Source of the DNA: Candidatus Latescibacterota bacterium
Lineage (GTDB): Bacteria > Latescibacterota > UBA2968
DNA: 64,000 nucleotides
Assembly: GCA_965198115.1 (NCBI GenBank)
Contig: OZ240241.1
Span: 5,728,001-5,792,000, forward strand
Direction of reading: 5' to 3'
The notes under the pieces are model-generated. The model was not told the origin of the DNA. It saw only the letters and a program-made list of their open reading frames with translations, and searched no databases. This document shows positions 20,089-29,639 of the stretch, one piece after another; positions within the stretch are counted from its first letter, which is position 1, and each line of letters opens with the position of its first letter. Made by a program: the position numbers and the translations under genes.

Positions 20089-21204
20089 ATGAAAATCACT
20101 AAGATCGAACCCATCCCCATTCTCGTCCCGCTCAAAGCGGGCCTGACAACCAAGACTGCCCACGGCGAGCACATCGACTCGCCCTACGTCATCGTGCGTG
20201 TGCACACGGACGAGGGCATTGTTGGTCTGGGCGAGGCGACTGTTGCCCCGCGTTGGAGTGGGGAGACGAGCCCGGGGTGCTGCGCGGCGATCTCGCAGCT
20301 GATCGGGCCGGCCTTGGAGGGCGCGGATCCTTGCGACGTGAGCGCGTGTCTCGACCAGATGAATCGGGTGATCAAGCTGAACCCGTTCACGAAAGCGGCC
20401 TTGGAGATGGCGCTGTGGGATATTGCCGGAAAGGTGGCGGGTGTGCCCGTCTACCGGTTGCTGGGCGGGAAGGTGCGCGAGAACGTGGTGATGAAGATGG
20501 TCGTGGGCGCTTTCGACGTGCCGAAGGCGGTTTCGCTCGCTGAACAGTTTCTGGATTGGGGTGTGAACCACCTGAAGGTGAAGGTCGGATTGGATCCGGC
20601 AGACGATCTTGCTCGCGTCAAGGCGGTGCGAGAATTGGCCGGGCCCGACATCACGGTTGGGGTCGACGGCAATTGCGGATGGAACATCACGACAGCGCGG
20701 AAGACGTTGAAGCAGATGGAAGCCTATGACCTCTTGTTCGCGGAGCAGCCGATCGGCGTCGAGGATCCTGAAGCGTGGGTCCAGCTCAGAAACGCGACGA
20801 CGATTCCGATGATGGCCGACGAGAGTGTGTTCACGCTGTCCGATGCACACGATCTGACGTCACGTCGGGCCGTCGACATCCTGAGCATCTATCCGGGGAA
20901 GAACGGTGGCATTCTGCCGACGATGGCGATCGCGAGTGTGGCCGAGGCTGCGGGGATCGTCTGCTGTATGGGGAGTAACCTGGAGCTCGGCATTGCAACG
21001 GCGGCGATGTTGCACGTCGGTGTGGCTGCGAAGGCGATCGACAGCGAGACCTATCCAGGCGACTTCCTCGGGCCGCTGTATCACGAAGTGGACATGATCA
21101 CGGAGCCGCTATCGCTGGGACCGGAGGTGTCGTGCGTGCCGGATGGGTAGGGGCTCGGAGTGGAGCTCGATGAGGATCAGCTCGAGCGCTGGCGAGAAAG
21201 ATAA
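20089..21204 (+). pseudogene. Muconate cycloisomerase-like enolase-superfamily enzyme with an in-frame TAG at 21148-21150
   Basis: GLGEA, ALWDIAGK, KVKVG, VDGN, EQP and ADES. After the TAG the frame continues GLGVELDEDQLERWRER to TAA at 21204. Confidence 0.88.
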
Positions 21205-21398
21205 AACCTTACCACGAAATACACGAAAGAAGAACGAAAGACCTGGGACCACGGAACACACGGAAGGTGAGGAACATCCAGACGTCGGCGGCCCTACCGG
21301 GGAAGAGTGGGAAGTAGGCTTGAGCCGGGGGGCTTGCAATTGGCTAACTCACAAGCATTGAATGCTTCCCTCTGTGTAATCTGTGGTTCCCTCCGTCT

Positions 21399-22229
21399 TT
21401 ACGTGAAGCGTCGGTAGGCGTCGACGAGGTTTGTGGCGCCCTGGATGATGAAGCCTTTTTCGTCTTCGGCTTCAAAGAACAATGCGCCCTGGGAGACCCA
21501 GCGCTCGGCGTCGTCGACGTTGGCGGCTGTGGTGCCCCAGGGGACGTTATGCTGCTTGCAGATTTTCAGAATCTCTTCCATCGGTCCGCGCACAACAGGA
21601 TGCTCTTGATTCCCAGGCTGACCCATCTCCACTGAGAAGTCTCCTGGTCCCACGTAGACCATGTCGACGCCGGGCGTGGTGACGATTTCTTCCGCTCGCT
21701 CGTAACCCATCTTCGTTTCAATGTGGACGACGAGAGATGTCTCTTCGTCCTGTTCCTTCAACCAGGCTCCGTGGTCCTCTGGCAACAGGGTGTCGCTGTT
21801 GCCGTAACCCGGCGCGGCGGCGCGTGTTCCGTTGGGGGGGAACTTGATGTAGCCGATAAGCTCCTCCAGCTCTTCTCGCGACTCTGTACGCGGAAGCTGG
21901 ATTCCCACGACGCCGCACTCGAGGAGCTTGGCCACGTCTGCGCGTTCGAGTTGCGGTGTTTTCGCGATGACGGGGAGGCCGTTGTCGCGCGCGGCCTGGA
22001 CCGTGTCGGCAAGGTCGGTGGGGCTGAAGAAGACGTGCTCGTATTCGATGTAGACGAAATCGAAGCCGGCCTGCTCGTAGTACTTCACGATAGAAGGGCG
22101 AACAATCTCGCCAATGATGCCGCCGACGAGGACTTCGCCCGCTTTGAGGCGAGACTTGAGCTGCCGGCCGGGGCCCCCTTCAGGATAGAGATGGGCGCTG
22201 GGTGGGGAGATTGATCTGGGTTTGGGCAT
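21399..22229 (-). CDS. HpcH/HpaI aldolase family protein
   Basis: AGFDFVYIEYEH, KFPPNGTR, HIET and VGPGDFSVEMG. Confidence 0.9.
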   Translation of the reverse strand: MPKPRSISPPSAHLYPEGGPGRQLKSRLKAGEVLVGGIIGEIVRPSIVKYYEQAGFDFVYIEYEHVFFSPTDLADTVQAARDNGLPVIAKTPQLERADVAKLLECGVVGIQLPRTESREELEELIGYIKFPPNGTRAAAPGYGNSDTLLPEDHGAWLKEQDEETSLVVHIETKMGYERAEEIVTTPGVDMVYVGPGDFSVEMGQPGNQEHPVVRGPMEEILKICKQHNVPWGTTAANVDDAERWVSQGALFFEAEDEKGFIIQGATNLVDAYRRFT

Positions 22230-22318
22230 TGGATTCTCCTAAAAAGCGAAAGACTGGGGAACCACAGAACACGCGGAAGGGTGATGGTGGCCCGGGGCGA
22301 CCCGGCCTTTTGTTGAAC

Positions 22319-23017
22319 TTAGACTCGCTGGTCCTCGGGCACGTCGGCGAAGTCCTGAGGCTCGTAGCCGATCGCTTTATGGCCGTGGTCCATGTCGTAG
22401 AGGGGCCAGTTGGAGGCGGACACGCCAAAGACGATTTCGTATTTCACGCCGGGATGGACAATGGCCTGTTCGAAGACGCGGACGGCGTCGCCGTGGCTGA
22501 GGTGGTGGGGATGCTCCGGCTGGTCACGATCGGCGCTGAAATTGCCGATGCGGACACAGACGACCTCCATGTCGTGCTGGGCGGAATACATGTAGCCGAG
22601 GTTCTCGCCGAAGGCTTTGCTGATCGAGTAGTAGGAGGTCGGGAGGGGGACCAGATCGACCGTGCGATGCTGGTCGCGGGGGTAGGGACTGAGTAAACCG
22701 GCGCGACTGGCGAAGGCGATGCGTTTGACACCGCATTCGCGGGCGGCTTCGAAGACGTTGTAAGTGCCAACGAAATTGCTCTGGAGAATGTCTGCCCACG
22801 GGCTGGCGCCACCGGCGCAACCACCGAGATGAATGACGGCGTCCATCCCATTGACAGCGCTCTTTACGATGTCGTAGTCGGCGAGATCGCCAACGATCGA
22901 GTCGTCGAGTTCCGGCATCGGCGCGATGTCGAAACCACGAATATCGTGACGGTCTTTAAGGCCTTTGGCGACAGTCGTGCCGACTTTTCCGGCGGCACCT
23001 GTGATGAGAACTTTCAT
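22319..23017 (-). CDS. NAD-dependent epimerase/dehydratase (uronate dehydrogenase-like)
   Basis: VLITGAAGKVG, YSISKAFGE, VRIG, LSHGD and IGYEPQD. Confidence 0.9.
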   Translation of the reverse strand: MKVLITGAAGKVGTTVAKGLKDRHDIRGFDIAPMPELDDSIVGDLADYDIVKSAVNGMDAVIHLGGCAGGASPWADILQSNFVGTYNVFEAARECGVKRIAFASRAGLLSPYPRDQHRTVDLVPLPTSYYSISKAFGENLGYMYSAQHDMEVVCVRIGNFSADRDQPEHPHHLSHGDAVRVFEQAIVHPGVKYEIVFGVSASNWPLYDMDHGHKAIGYEPQDFADVPEDQRV

Positions 23018-23182
23018 TTATTAGCTCCAGGTGATCGCATCAGGCGATGCGAGTGTGTTCGGGTGTTCCTTCCTTCCGCCTACGCTAAAGCTACGGCGGA
23101 CAGGTGGGAGGGAACCAATCGTCAGTCGTCAGAACCCCTGATTTGCGCCATCACGTGGTGGGAGCAGCCTCCCGGTTGCGAA

Positions 23183-23872
23183 CTAGCCGAACGCAATCCT
23201 CACCTCATCCAAAAATACATATCCCTCAGGTAGCCTCGAACGCCAGACGGGGTAGTCCTTTTCGGGGCGAAGGATATGAGGGTCGCCGTCGATGTCGCCC
23301 ATGGGTTCGATGTTCAGCGGGAAGAGGACGAGGAGGATGTCGACATGGACGTTTGCGAGGATGGTTTCGAACGGAAGCTCGCCGTAGTAGTCGGTTCGGT
23401 CGTGGCGGACACCGAGGCAGGTCCATTGACCGGGATCGGGTTCGCAGGTGATTGTCTGTTCGGTCCAGTCCCGGGTGACGTCGATGGGCTGGCCGGTGAG
23501 CAGCCACCCTGATGTGATGCCGTCGACGGCGCCCTGAATCAGCAGCATCAGCTGTGTGTCCTTCCACTCGATCTCGCCTTTTAGTCGTAGCGTCATCTCT
23601 GCGTTGGTGAAATCTGTCGGGTATCCGCCCTGAACGAAGTGATTGGTGCCTTCGGTTTCGTGCTGATGTTCGCTGGCTCCGCCTACCGTGTTCAACATGT
23701 AGAGCAGGTGCATATAACCAGCACCAGGTGGGGCGTGGTTGTAGTCGATCCACCAGGGGCTTCGGCTGACGGTGTAGCTGTCTCTGACTTCGAGGCGTGC
23801 GGGGCCAGCGGCGTTGCTGATCCAGCCGTACCAGCCGCCGGGGCCGTTGTCGAAGGTCTCTCGATAAACCAT
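23183..23872 (-). CDS. Hypothetical protein (229 aa, Trp-rich, probably beta-sandwich)
   Basis: Coding-like codon usage and co-oriented with its neighbours; no recognisable motif. Confidence 0.7.
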   Translation of the reverse strand: MVYRETFDNGPGGWYGWISNAAGPARLEVRDSYTVSRSPWWIDYNHAPPGAGYMHLLYMLNTVGGASEHQHETEGTNHFVQGGYPTDFTNAEMTLRLKGEIEWKDTQLMLLIQGAVDGITSGWLLTGQPIDVTRDWTEQTITCEPDPGQWTCLGVRHDRTDYYGELPFETILANVHVDILLVLFPLNIEPMGDIDGDPHILRPEKDYPVWRSRLPEGYVFLDEVRIAFG

Positions 23873-23960
23873 TTTGTGCTCGCTTCTGGGGGTTCTCCGC
23901 TGCGCAGAGAACCAGGCGTCAGTTGTCAGTCGTCAGGAAAGAACTGCAAGCGAGAAGCGT

Positions 23961-24075
23961 TGTCACCCCGGTACGGTTCTTAGCCGGGGTCTATTTTTCG
24001 GCACAGCGGAAACCAGAATGGATCCTCCGTCGACTCCGCTCGGGACAGGCTCTTCAAAACATTGCCGAGATGACA
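23961..24075. repeat. Family A repeat with a family B mini-module nested in the right arm
   Basis: GGATCC[TCCGTCGACTCCGCTCGGGACAGG]CTC...GAGATGACA. Confidence 0.8.
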
Positions 24076-24104
24076 ATATCTCCGCCACTAGGGAGGCACA
24101 ATAA

Positions 24105-25154
24105 TCAGTGTCTCTCCACGATGAGTGACTCAAATCTGTTCTCGTCCCATTCGGCGCCCCAGCCGGGGCCGTCGGGTGGGGTGAGGCAGCCTTCCTCGAC
24201 GAGGGGGGCGTTGAGGAGGCCCCACATTTCGCCCTGTTTCCGCAAGGCGTCGGGCTCTGGGGAGAAGGCTTCGAAATAGCTGGTGTTTTGGATGCTGCAG
24301 CCGAGGTGGGTGTGGATGAGGCCGTAGAGGCCGGCGGTGTGGTTGATTTCGATGTTGGTGCTGTGGAGCTCTGCGAAGTGCGCGAGTTTGAGGACCTGGC
24401 TCGTGCCGTTGCGGGCGTTGGCGCGGAGCAGATCGGTTGCGCCCTGGATAAGCCATTGTCCACTCAGGACCATGTCGTGCATCAGGGTTTCCGTCGCCAT
24501 GATGGGGATGGCAAGCTCGCGGCAGAGGACCTGATAGTGATCCATCCTCGCCTCGTGCATGGGCTCTTCGAGCCAGACGTAGTCCAGTTCTTCCAGGAGG
24601 TGGCCGATTCGTAGGGCGTCACGCAACGTGTAATGACAGACAGGGTCGTGCATGAGGGCGAAGTCCGGTCCGACGGCTTCTCGGACGGCAGTCAGGATCG
24701 GCTGATCTTCCTTGCCGTTCCGATAGGAATGGAACTTGTAGGCCTGGATGCCGGAGACCTCACGCGCACGCTCGATGTCGGCCAGATAGCCTTCCAATTC
24801 CCGTCTGGGTCCCGTCTGGTAGACGGGGAATCGGTCGCGTACTCGCCCGATCAAGGAATAGACCGGTAGTCCGGCGGCCTTCCCTGCGATGTCCCAAAGA
24901 CAATTGTCGAATTCCCCCGACCAGCCCCGACGAATGTGACGCGTGAAGTAGAGGATCTGGAATAGTTTTTCCCGTTCGAGGGGATCTTCACCCGCGACCA
25001 ACGGGCGCAGGCGATCGAATTCGGTCGGTGTCATCAGCGTAGAGCAGCGGGAGACGATGCCTTCGTCGGTGGTGACCTGGATGAAACGGACTTGCGGCCT
25101 GCTGTCGCCGTCAGGGCATTCGAGGGTGAGGAGGCCGACCGATGTGATTTTCAT
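24105..25154 (-). CDS. Mandelate racemase / enolase-superfamily enzyme
   Basis: DNCLWDIAGKAAGLPVY, YKFH, MHD, WLEEP, ATE and PDGPGWG. Confidence 0.9.
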   Translation of the reverse strand: MKITSVGLLTLECPDGDSRPQVRFIQVTTDEGIVSRCSTLMTPTEFDRLRPLVAGEDPLEREKLFQILYFTRHIRRGWSGEFDNCLWDIAGKAAGLPVYSLIGRVRDRFPVYQTGPRRELEGYLADIERAREVSGIQAYKFHSYRNGKEDQPILTAVREAVGPDFALMHDPVCHYTLRDALRIGHLLEELDYVWLEEPMHEARMDHYQVLCRELAIPIMATETLMHDMVLSGQWLIQGATDLLRANARNGTSQVLKLAHFAELHSTNIEINHTAGLYGLIHTHLGCSIQNTSYFEAFSPEPDALRKQGEMWGLLNAPLVEEGCLTPPDGPGWGAEWDENRFESLIVERH

Positions 25155-25326
25155 GCTTTCTCCACGATTGAGATTCTTGTGTTGAACAGTATTGCCAAGG
25201 TGTTAGGCGATAACAATGGGTAAGGCGTCTCCGTCAGAGCACGGGGACGAGCAAGGTGGCTTTGTTAGCCGGCAGGAGGTTAAAGTCTTTCGCCAGGCTC
25301 CTGCCCGCAAGCTATTCCGAACAGAA

Positions 25327-25439
25327 TGTCACCCCGGTACGCTTCTGGGCCGGGGTCCATCGTAACTCTTGCACCTGTTCTTTCTCCCAGCGGTGCCCCG
25401 ATCAGAATAGATCCCGGCCTGATGCCTGCCGGGATGACA
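25327..25439. repeat. Family A repeat
   Basis: Same arms as 19938-20026. Confidence 0.85.
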
Positions 25440-25471
25440 GTTTCTCGTGACGTCCTGCATCTATCAGATCC

Positions 25472-26215
25472 TCACATTTGCTGATAGAACTTCAACAGCC
25501 ATTGTTCGCTCGGGTGGTGTGATGCTTTGATGCCGGCGATGACCTTCTCGTAATCGAACGCGATGCGGCGGCGGATGATTTCATGGCCCGATTTAGTCGC
25601 TTCGAGAATCGAGTAGTGTGCGCGGCGATCCGAGGTCAGTGAATTGGCCACGCACCCGAGCGTGATGAATCGTGTGCCGTTGTGGTTCAGCTCTGCCTCT
25701 TCGTGCGTATGTCCCGCGACGACGAGCTCCGCCTCCAGATTGGGGAAGCGTTCGGCCAGCTCCTTGTCGGTGGTCTCTGGAAGAAAACCGAGCTCGTCGC
25801 TGACGAGAGACGCGTGGACGCCGAGCATGCGCGTTCCATCGGGGAGTGTGGTGCGCCGTTCGAATGGGAGATCTCTTATCCACTCGAACCATCCGGTCGC
25901 TGCGAGCGCACCTCTGGCCCATCCGTTACCCTGCTCGACGCTCTCCAATTGTGTAATCAGATCAGGGTTCTTCATGAGATGTTCGAGACCCCGTCGGCCG
26001 CCTTTGACAACATAACGGTCGGTGTTGCCTGTGACGCATCGTGCATCCGACAGGCCGTTGATTCGCTCGACGACCCCCACGGGATCGTAGCCCTGGTTGG
26101 CGTGATCGCCGAGGATCCAGTAGCCGTCGACGCCGCCCTGGGATTGGATGTCATCGAGAACGGCGTCGAACGCGACGGGATTACCGTGGATGTCGGAGAG
26201 TAGAGCGATTCGCAT
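25472..26215 (-). CDS. Calcineurin-like metallophosphoesterase
   Basis: SDIHGN, LGD, GNTD, VHAS and GHTH. Confidence 0.92.
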   Translation of the reverse strand: MRIALLSDIHGNPVAFDAVLDDIQSQGGVDGYWILGDHANQGYDPVGVVERINGLSDARCVTGNTDRYVVKGGRRGLEHLMKNPDLITQLESVEQGNGWARGALAATGWFEWIRDLPFERRTTLPDGTRMLGVHASLVSDELGFLPETTDKELAERFPNLEAELVVAGHTHEEAELNHNGTRFITLGCVANSLTSDRRAHYSILEATKSGHEIIRRRIAFDYEKVIAGIKASHHPSEQWLLKFYQQM

Positions 26216-26383
26216 GGTTCAGTGAGCGCTGTAACGACGTGTCACAGCGTCCCCGTGCAGAGCCCTTCGATACAACCTGCTAATGGGAACCAGAACCGCT
26301 TCGATAAAGACCTCTTACGATAAGGTCACTCAGGGTGAACGGTGCAGGGCGTTGTGAGCAATGTCCAACATCGAACGCCCAAC

Positions 26384-27544
26384 TCAGAATGTCGAGCGTG
26401 GCTCCGCCAGACGCCAGCGGATGATTGCAAACTTTGTGTTGCCCACACAGTTGTCCCACTTGCTGACGTCGCCGTAGCAGGAGCCGGCGAGGGTGAGCAT
26501 TTCTTCTCCATCGAAGCTGATCGTGGCCGTGTAGCCGGCTGCCCGGCCGTGGCTGATGTAGTAGACTTCGTCCTCCCACGTTTCGTCACCGTCGAGGCTG
26601 ACCATGGCCCGACCGCTTCCCATTTCGCGGGGATATCTGTGATCCATGATGGCGACCGCCCGGTTGTCGGACAGGCCGACGCCGGCGCAATAGCACTGGC
26701 CGAGAACGGTGGCCAGCTGACGTGGGGGCGTCCACGTTGAGCCACCGTCGTCGGAATGGGCGACGAAGGCGTGCTTGAACGGGAAGCCGTGATTGGCTGC
26801 GGTGGCGCCGGTGAGATCCAGGAGATCGGGTGGGTCGTCGGGCAAGGACGGACGCTGGTATCGGATGGCAGCCAGGAGGCGGCCCGATGGCAACTGATGC
26901 ACGTTCACCTCACAACACCAGCTACCGAGCACCGAGTAGGTCGGCCACGTGCGGCCTCCATCGTCCGAGCGGTAGATGCGGCAGGTCGCGGGTTCAACAC
27001 GAGCGGCTTCGTCGTCGCCGATTCGATCGGATCCCACGAGGACTGGAAGGAGCAGTGCTCCATCGTCGAGACGGGTTACGCTGAACCCCATGGCCAGAAC
27101 GCCGGATGTGTCGACTTCGACCTGTCCGATCTGGCCCCACGACGCGCCCTCATCCCCGGATGACCACACGGTTGGCGCCGATCGATCTCCTGCGTGACAG
27201 ACGTTCAGCATCGTTCCGTTCGAATCGAACTGGAGCATCCAGCCACTGAAGGCGCCCGGGTCACGCTCGAGATGAGTCCACGTCGTCCCACCGTCCTTCG
27301 ACCTGTGAAACCAGGTTCGCTGTGTGGCATATAGGGTGCCATCCGGCGACTGGACGAGGCCGAGTCTCTGGACGTGACCCTCGGGGTCGATAGGCAATCG
27401 GATTTTCTCGACGGGATGCTTTGACAGGATTCCATCCCGTGCGTGCAGAACGTAATCCCCTGCCTGCATCGCTTCCAAGTCCTCGGACGTGACATCGATA
27501 TCTCCGAGGCGGTCCGTTTTCAAATCGGTCAGGTTTTCGGCCAT
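26384..27544 (-). CDS. BNR/Asp-box (sialidase-like) protein
   Basis: SKDGGTTW, SGDEGASW, SDDGGRTW, SDDGGSTW and SLDGDETW. Confidence 0.87.
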   Translation of the reverse strand: MAENLTDLKTDRLGDIDVTSEDLEAMQAGDYVLHARDGILSKHPVEKIRLPIDPEGHVQRLGLVQSPDGTLYATQRTWFHRSKDGGTTWTHLERDPGAFSGWMLQFDSNGTMLNVCHAGDRSAPTVWSSGDEGASWGQIGQVEVDTSGVLAMGFSVTRLDDGALLLPVLVGSDRIGDDEAARVEPATCRIYRSDDGGRTWPTYSVLGSWCCEVNVHQLPSGRLLAAIRYQRPSLPDDPPDLLDLTGATAANHGFPFKHAFVAHSDDGGSTWTPPRQLATVLGQCYCAGVGLSDNRAVAIMDHRYPREMGSGRAMVSLDGDETWEDEVYYISHGRAAGYTATISFDGEEMLTLAGSCYGDVSKWDNCVGNTKFAIIRWRLAEPRSTF

Positions 27545-28320
27545 CAAAGTTTCACGACGGTGTTCTTCGCATCCAGCCTGACGGGTTTGGAGTAGTGGTA
27601 GACGCTGATGTCGTCCGTGAGGGGCGTCGGAATCCTTACGATCAGCTCGATCCAGTCCGGGGCGTTGAAGGCGGAGAACGCGAGTTCCATGCCTTCGATC
27701 AACTCATCGGGGTCCCGAGACAGGTCAGGATAAAGGTGGGGTCCTGTGTCGGTCTGGAAGATGTTGTCGCGTTCGTTGGCGTTGATCGTTTTGATCGGGT
27801 AGTCGAGGATGACGGCGTATCGATCATCCTCGTACTCGGTTCGCGCAACGAGTTGATGATTGTCGAGCACCGCCTGTACGACATCCTCCGTCTTGTCGAG
27901 TACTGTGCCTTCGCGTCTGGCGAGGTCGAGTCGAACGCTCGCGAAGTTGTCTTCGGTCCGCCCGATCTGTCGTTCCGGCTGCGCACCGAGCGAGGGTGGG
28001 TAGAGTTGGACCCGCTGTCCGACCCGATCGAAGGTCTTGATCATCATGAACTGATCCTGAGAGAAGACGGGGATGAAGTCCGCGTTCGGCTCGGTCCAGA
28101 TGTCCTTGGGTGCCCCGACGCGTTCCGTCTTACAGCTGACGCCGAGGGCAAACGCCCGGGTTTCCCCGGATGCTTTTTCGGTGAGTTCACACCAGCTGTC
28201 GAGCGGAATACGCGCGTTGTTGAGCGTGAAATGGGGCTTGCTGGACGTCGTCTTGGAAGGGACGACCTCCCAGTCGGTGCGCCAGGTGAGGTAGGAGTTG
28301 GGGAAATCGATGGCCTGCAT
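27544..28320 (-). CDS. Hypothetical protein (258 aa)
   Basis: GGAGG RBS and translational coupling to the downstream BNR gene; no recognised family. Confidence 0.72.
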   Translation of the reverse strand: MQAIDFPNSYLTWRTDWEVVPSKTTSSKPHFTLNNARIPLDSWCELTEKASGETRAFALGVSCKTERVGAPKDIWTEPNADFIPVFSQDQFMMIKTFDRVGQRVQLYPPSLGAQPERQIGRTEDNFASVRLDLARREGTVLDKTEDVVQAVLDNHQLVARTEYEDDRYAVILDYPIKTINANERDNIFQTDTGPHLYPDLSRDPDELIEGMELAFSAFNAPDWIELIVRIPTPLTDDISVYHYSKPVRLDAKNTVVKL

Positions 28321-28487
28321 TTTGGGCTGCCTCCGTTTTAGAATTCCACCACAGATCCCGATTTAATTTCGTGCGGCGTTGCAGCCGCAACTTGAGTTGT
28401 CAGTCCCACCTTCGCCGCTGACGCGGCTCGGCGGGCAGTCGTCAGGGAAGACGGCTTACGCCCTTACGTGCCGCGCATAAATGACGA

Positions 28488-29543
28488 TCATTGGCGCGGG
28501 TTCAGGATGTCGTCAACGGATTCGCCCCTTTTACTGGCGATGCGGGTGATGTGGGCGATGTCTTCGTCGGTCAGTTCACATCCTCGCGTGACGAGGAGTT
28601 TGATGATTTCGGGTTTCCAGGTGTGGATGGCGTAGTCAATTGCGCCGAAGTTTTCGCGCTCATTGACGAGTGAGGGGTCCTCGTCGAGCAGTGTTTCGGT
28701 ACGAGTCTCATCGTTCAGGGCGATCGCGGTTCGGATTCCGTATTCGGCGCCTGCATCGACCAGCTCTTGCAACATGTCAAGATCGCACTCTTGTGAGAGG
28801 GTATGCAAGGTTGCCGTGGACACAGGGGTCTGGTCATCATCGGCAGCTTTGTTGACGTCGGCTCCACGCTCCAGGAGGTAGGAGACGGCTGAAGGTCGGT
28901 TGTTTTTGGCGGCGAAAAAGAGGGGTGTGCAGCCCTGATCATCGAGATCGTCGATGTGATCGGTCGATCGATCGAATGCGGCTCGAAGCCGGTCGAGATC
29001 GCCCATGGCGGCTGCGACGTGATCGCTGACCTTTGCGCCCTGAGATAGGAGATAGTCGACGACGTCGGTGGCAGGTTCCGGTTTCCAGGGACCCGCGTGG
29101 AGGGCCTTCAGCAAAGGCGTCTCTCCTCGTCGGTCCTGTACTTCTATGTTTGCGCCGGCTTCGACGAGCATGGTCGTGAATGTGAGATCCCCGATTTCCG
29201 CAGCGAAGTGAAGAGGCGTAGCGCCGTTGAGTGCGGTCGCGTGAACACAGTCTGGGTTCTCAGCGATCAGGCCTTTGCCGGCATCGTGCATACGTAGATA
29301 GGCACACGCGAAGATGTCTGGTTCGAGACCGAGATCCAGGAGCAGGTCGACGATGGGCTTGTTCTGTTCGGTGCGTCGGGAATAGCCATACTGCGCGGCG
29401 GTGTGGAAGAGGCTGAAGCCGGCGTCGTTCTTTTCTTCTATCAGGGATGGATCTTCGTCGAGGAGGGAGGCAACGCGATCGGCATCGCTGTCCTGGATGG
29501 CTTTGATGAGGGTGGTTCGGGGGTTGGGAGTTTGTGATGGCAT
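28488..29543 (-). CDS. Ankyrin repeat protein
   Basis: GATPLHFAA, GETPLLKA, GCTPLFFAA and LLERGADVN. Confidence 0.93.
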   Translation of the reverse strand: MPSQTPNPRTTLIKAIQDSDADRVASLLDEDPSLIEEKNDAGFSLFHTAAQYGYSRRTEQNKPIVDLLLDLGLEPDIFACAYLRMHDAGKGLIAENPDCVHATALNGATPLHFAAEIGDLTFTTMLVEAGANIEVQDRRGETPLLKALHAGPWKPEPATDVVDYLLSQGAKVSDHVAAAMGDLDRLRAAFDRSTDHIDDLDDQGCTPLFFAAKNNRPSAVSYLLERGADVNKAADDDQTPVSTATLHTLSQECDLDMLQELVDAGAEYGIRTAIALNDETRTETLLDEDPSLVNERENFGAIDYAIHTWKPEIIKLLVTRGCELTDEDIAHITRIASKRGESVDDILNPRQ

Positions 29544-29639
29544 GGAGTTTATGTGGTTTCGTCCGTGCGCTCAATGAGGGGACGAGCGTGGCATCAGTGC
29601 TGTGGGGTTCCCAGGCAGTGGCCGGGAACGCAAACGAGA

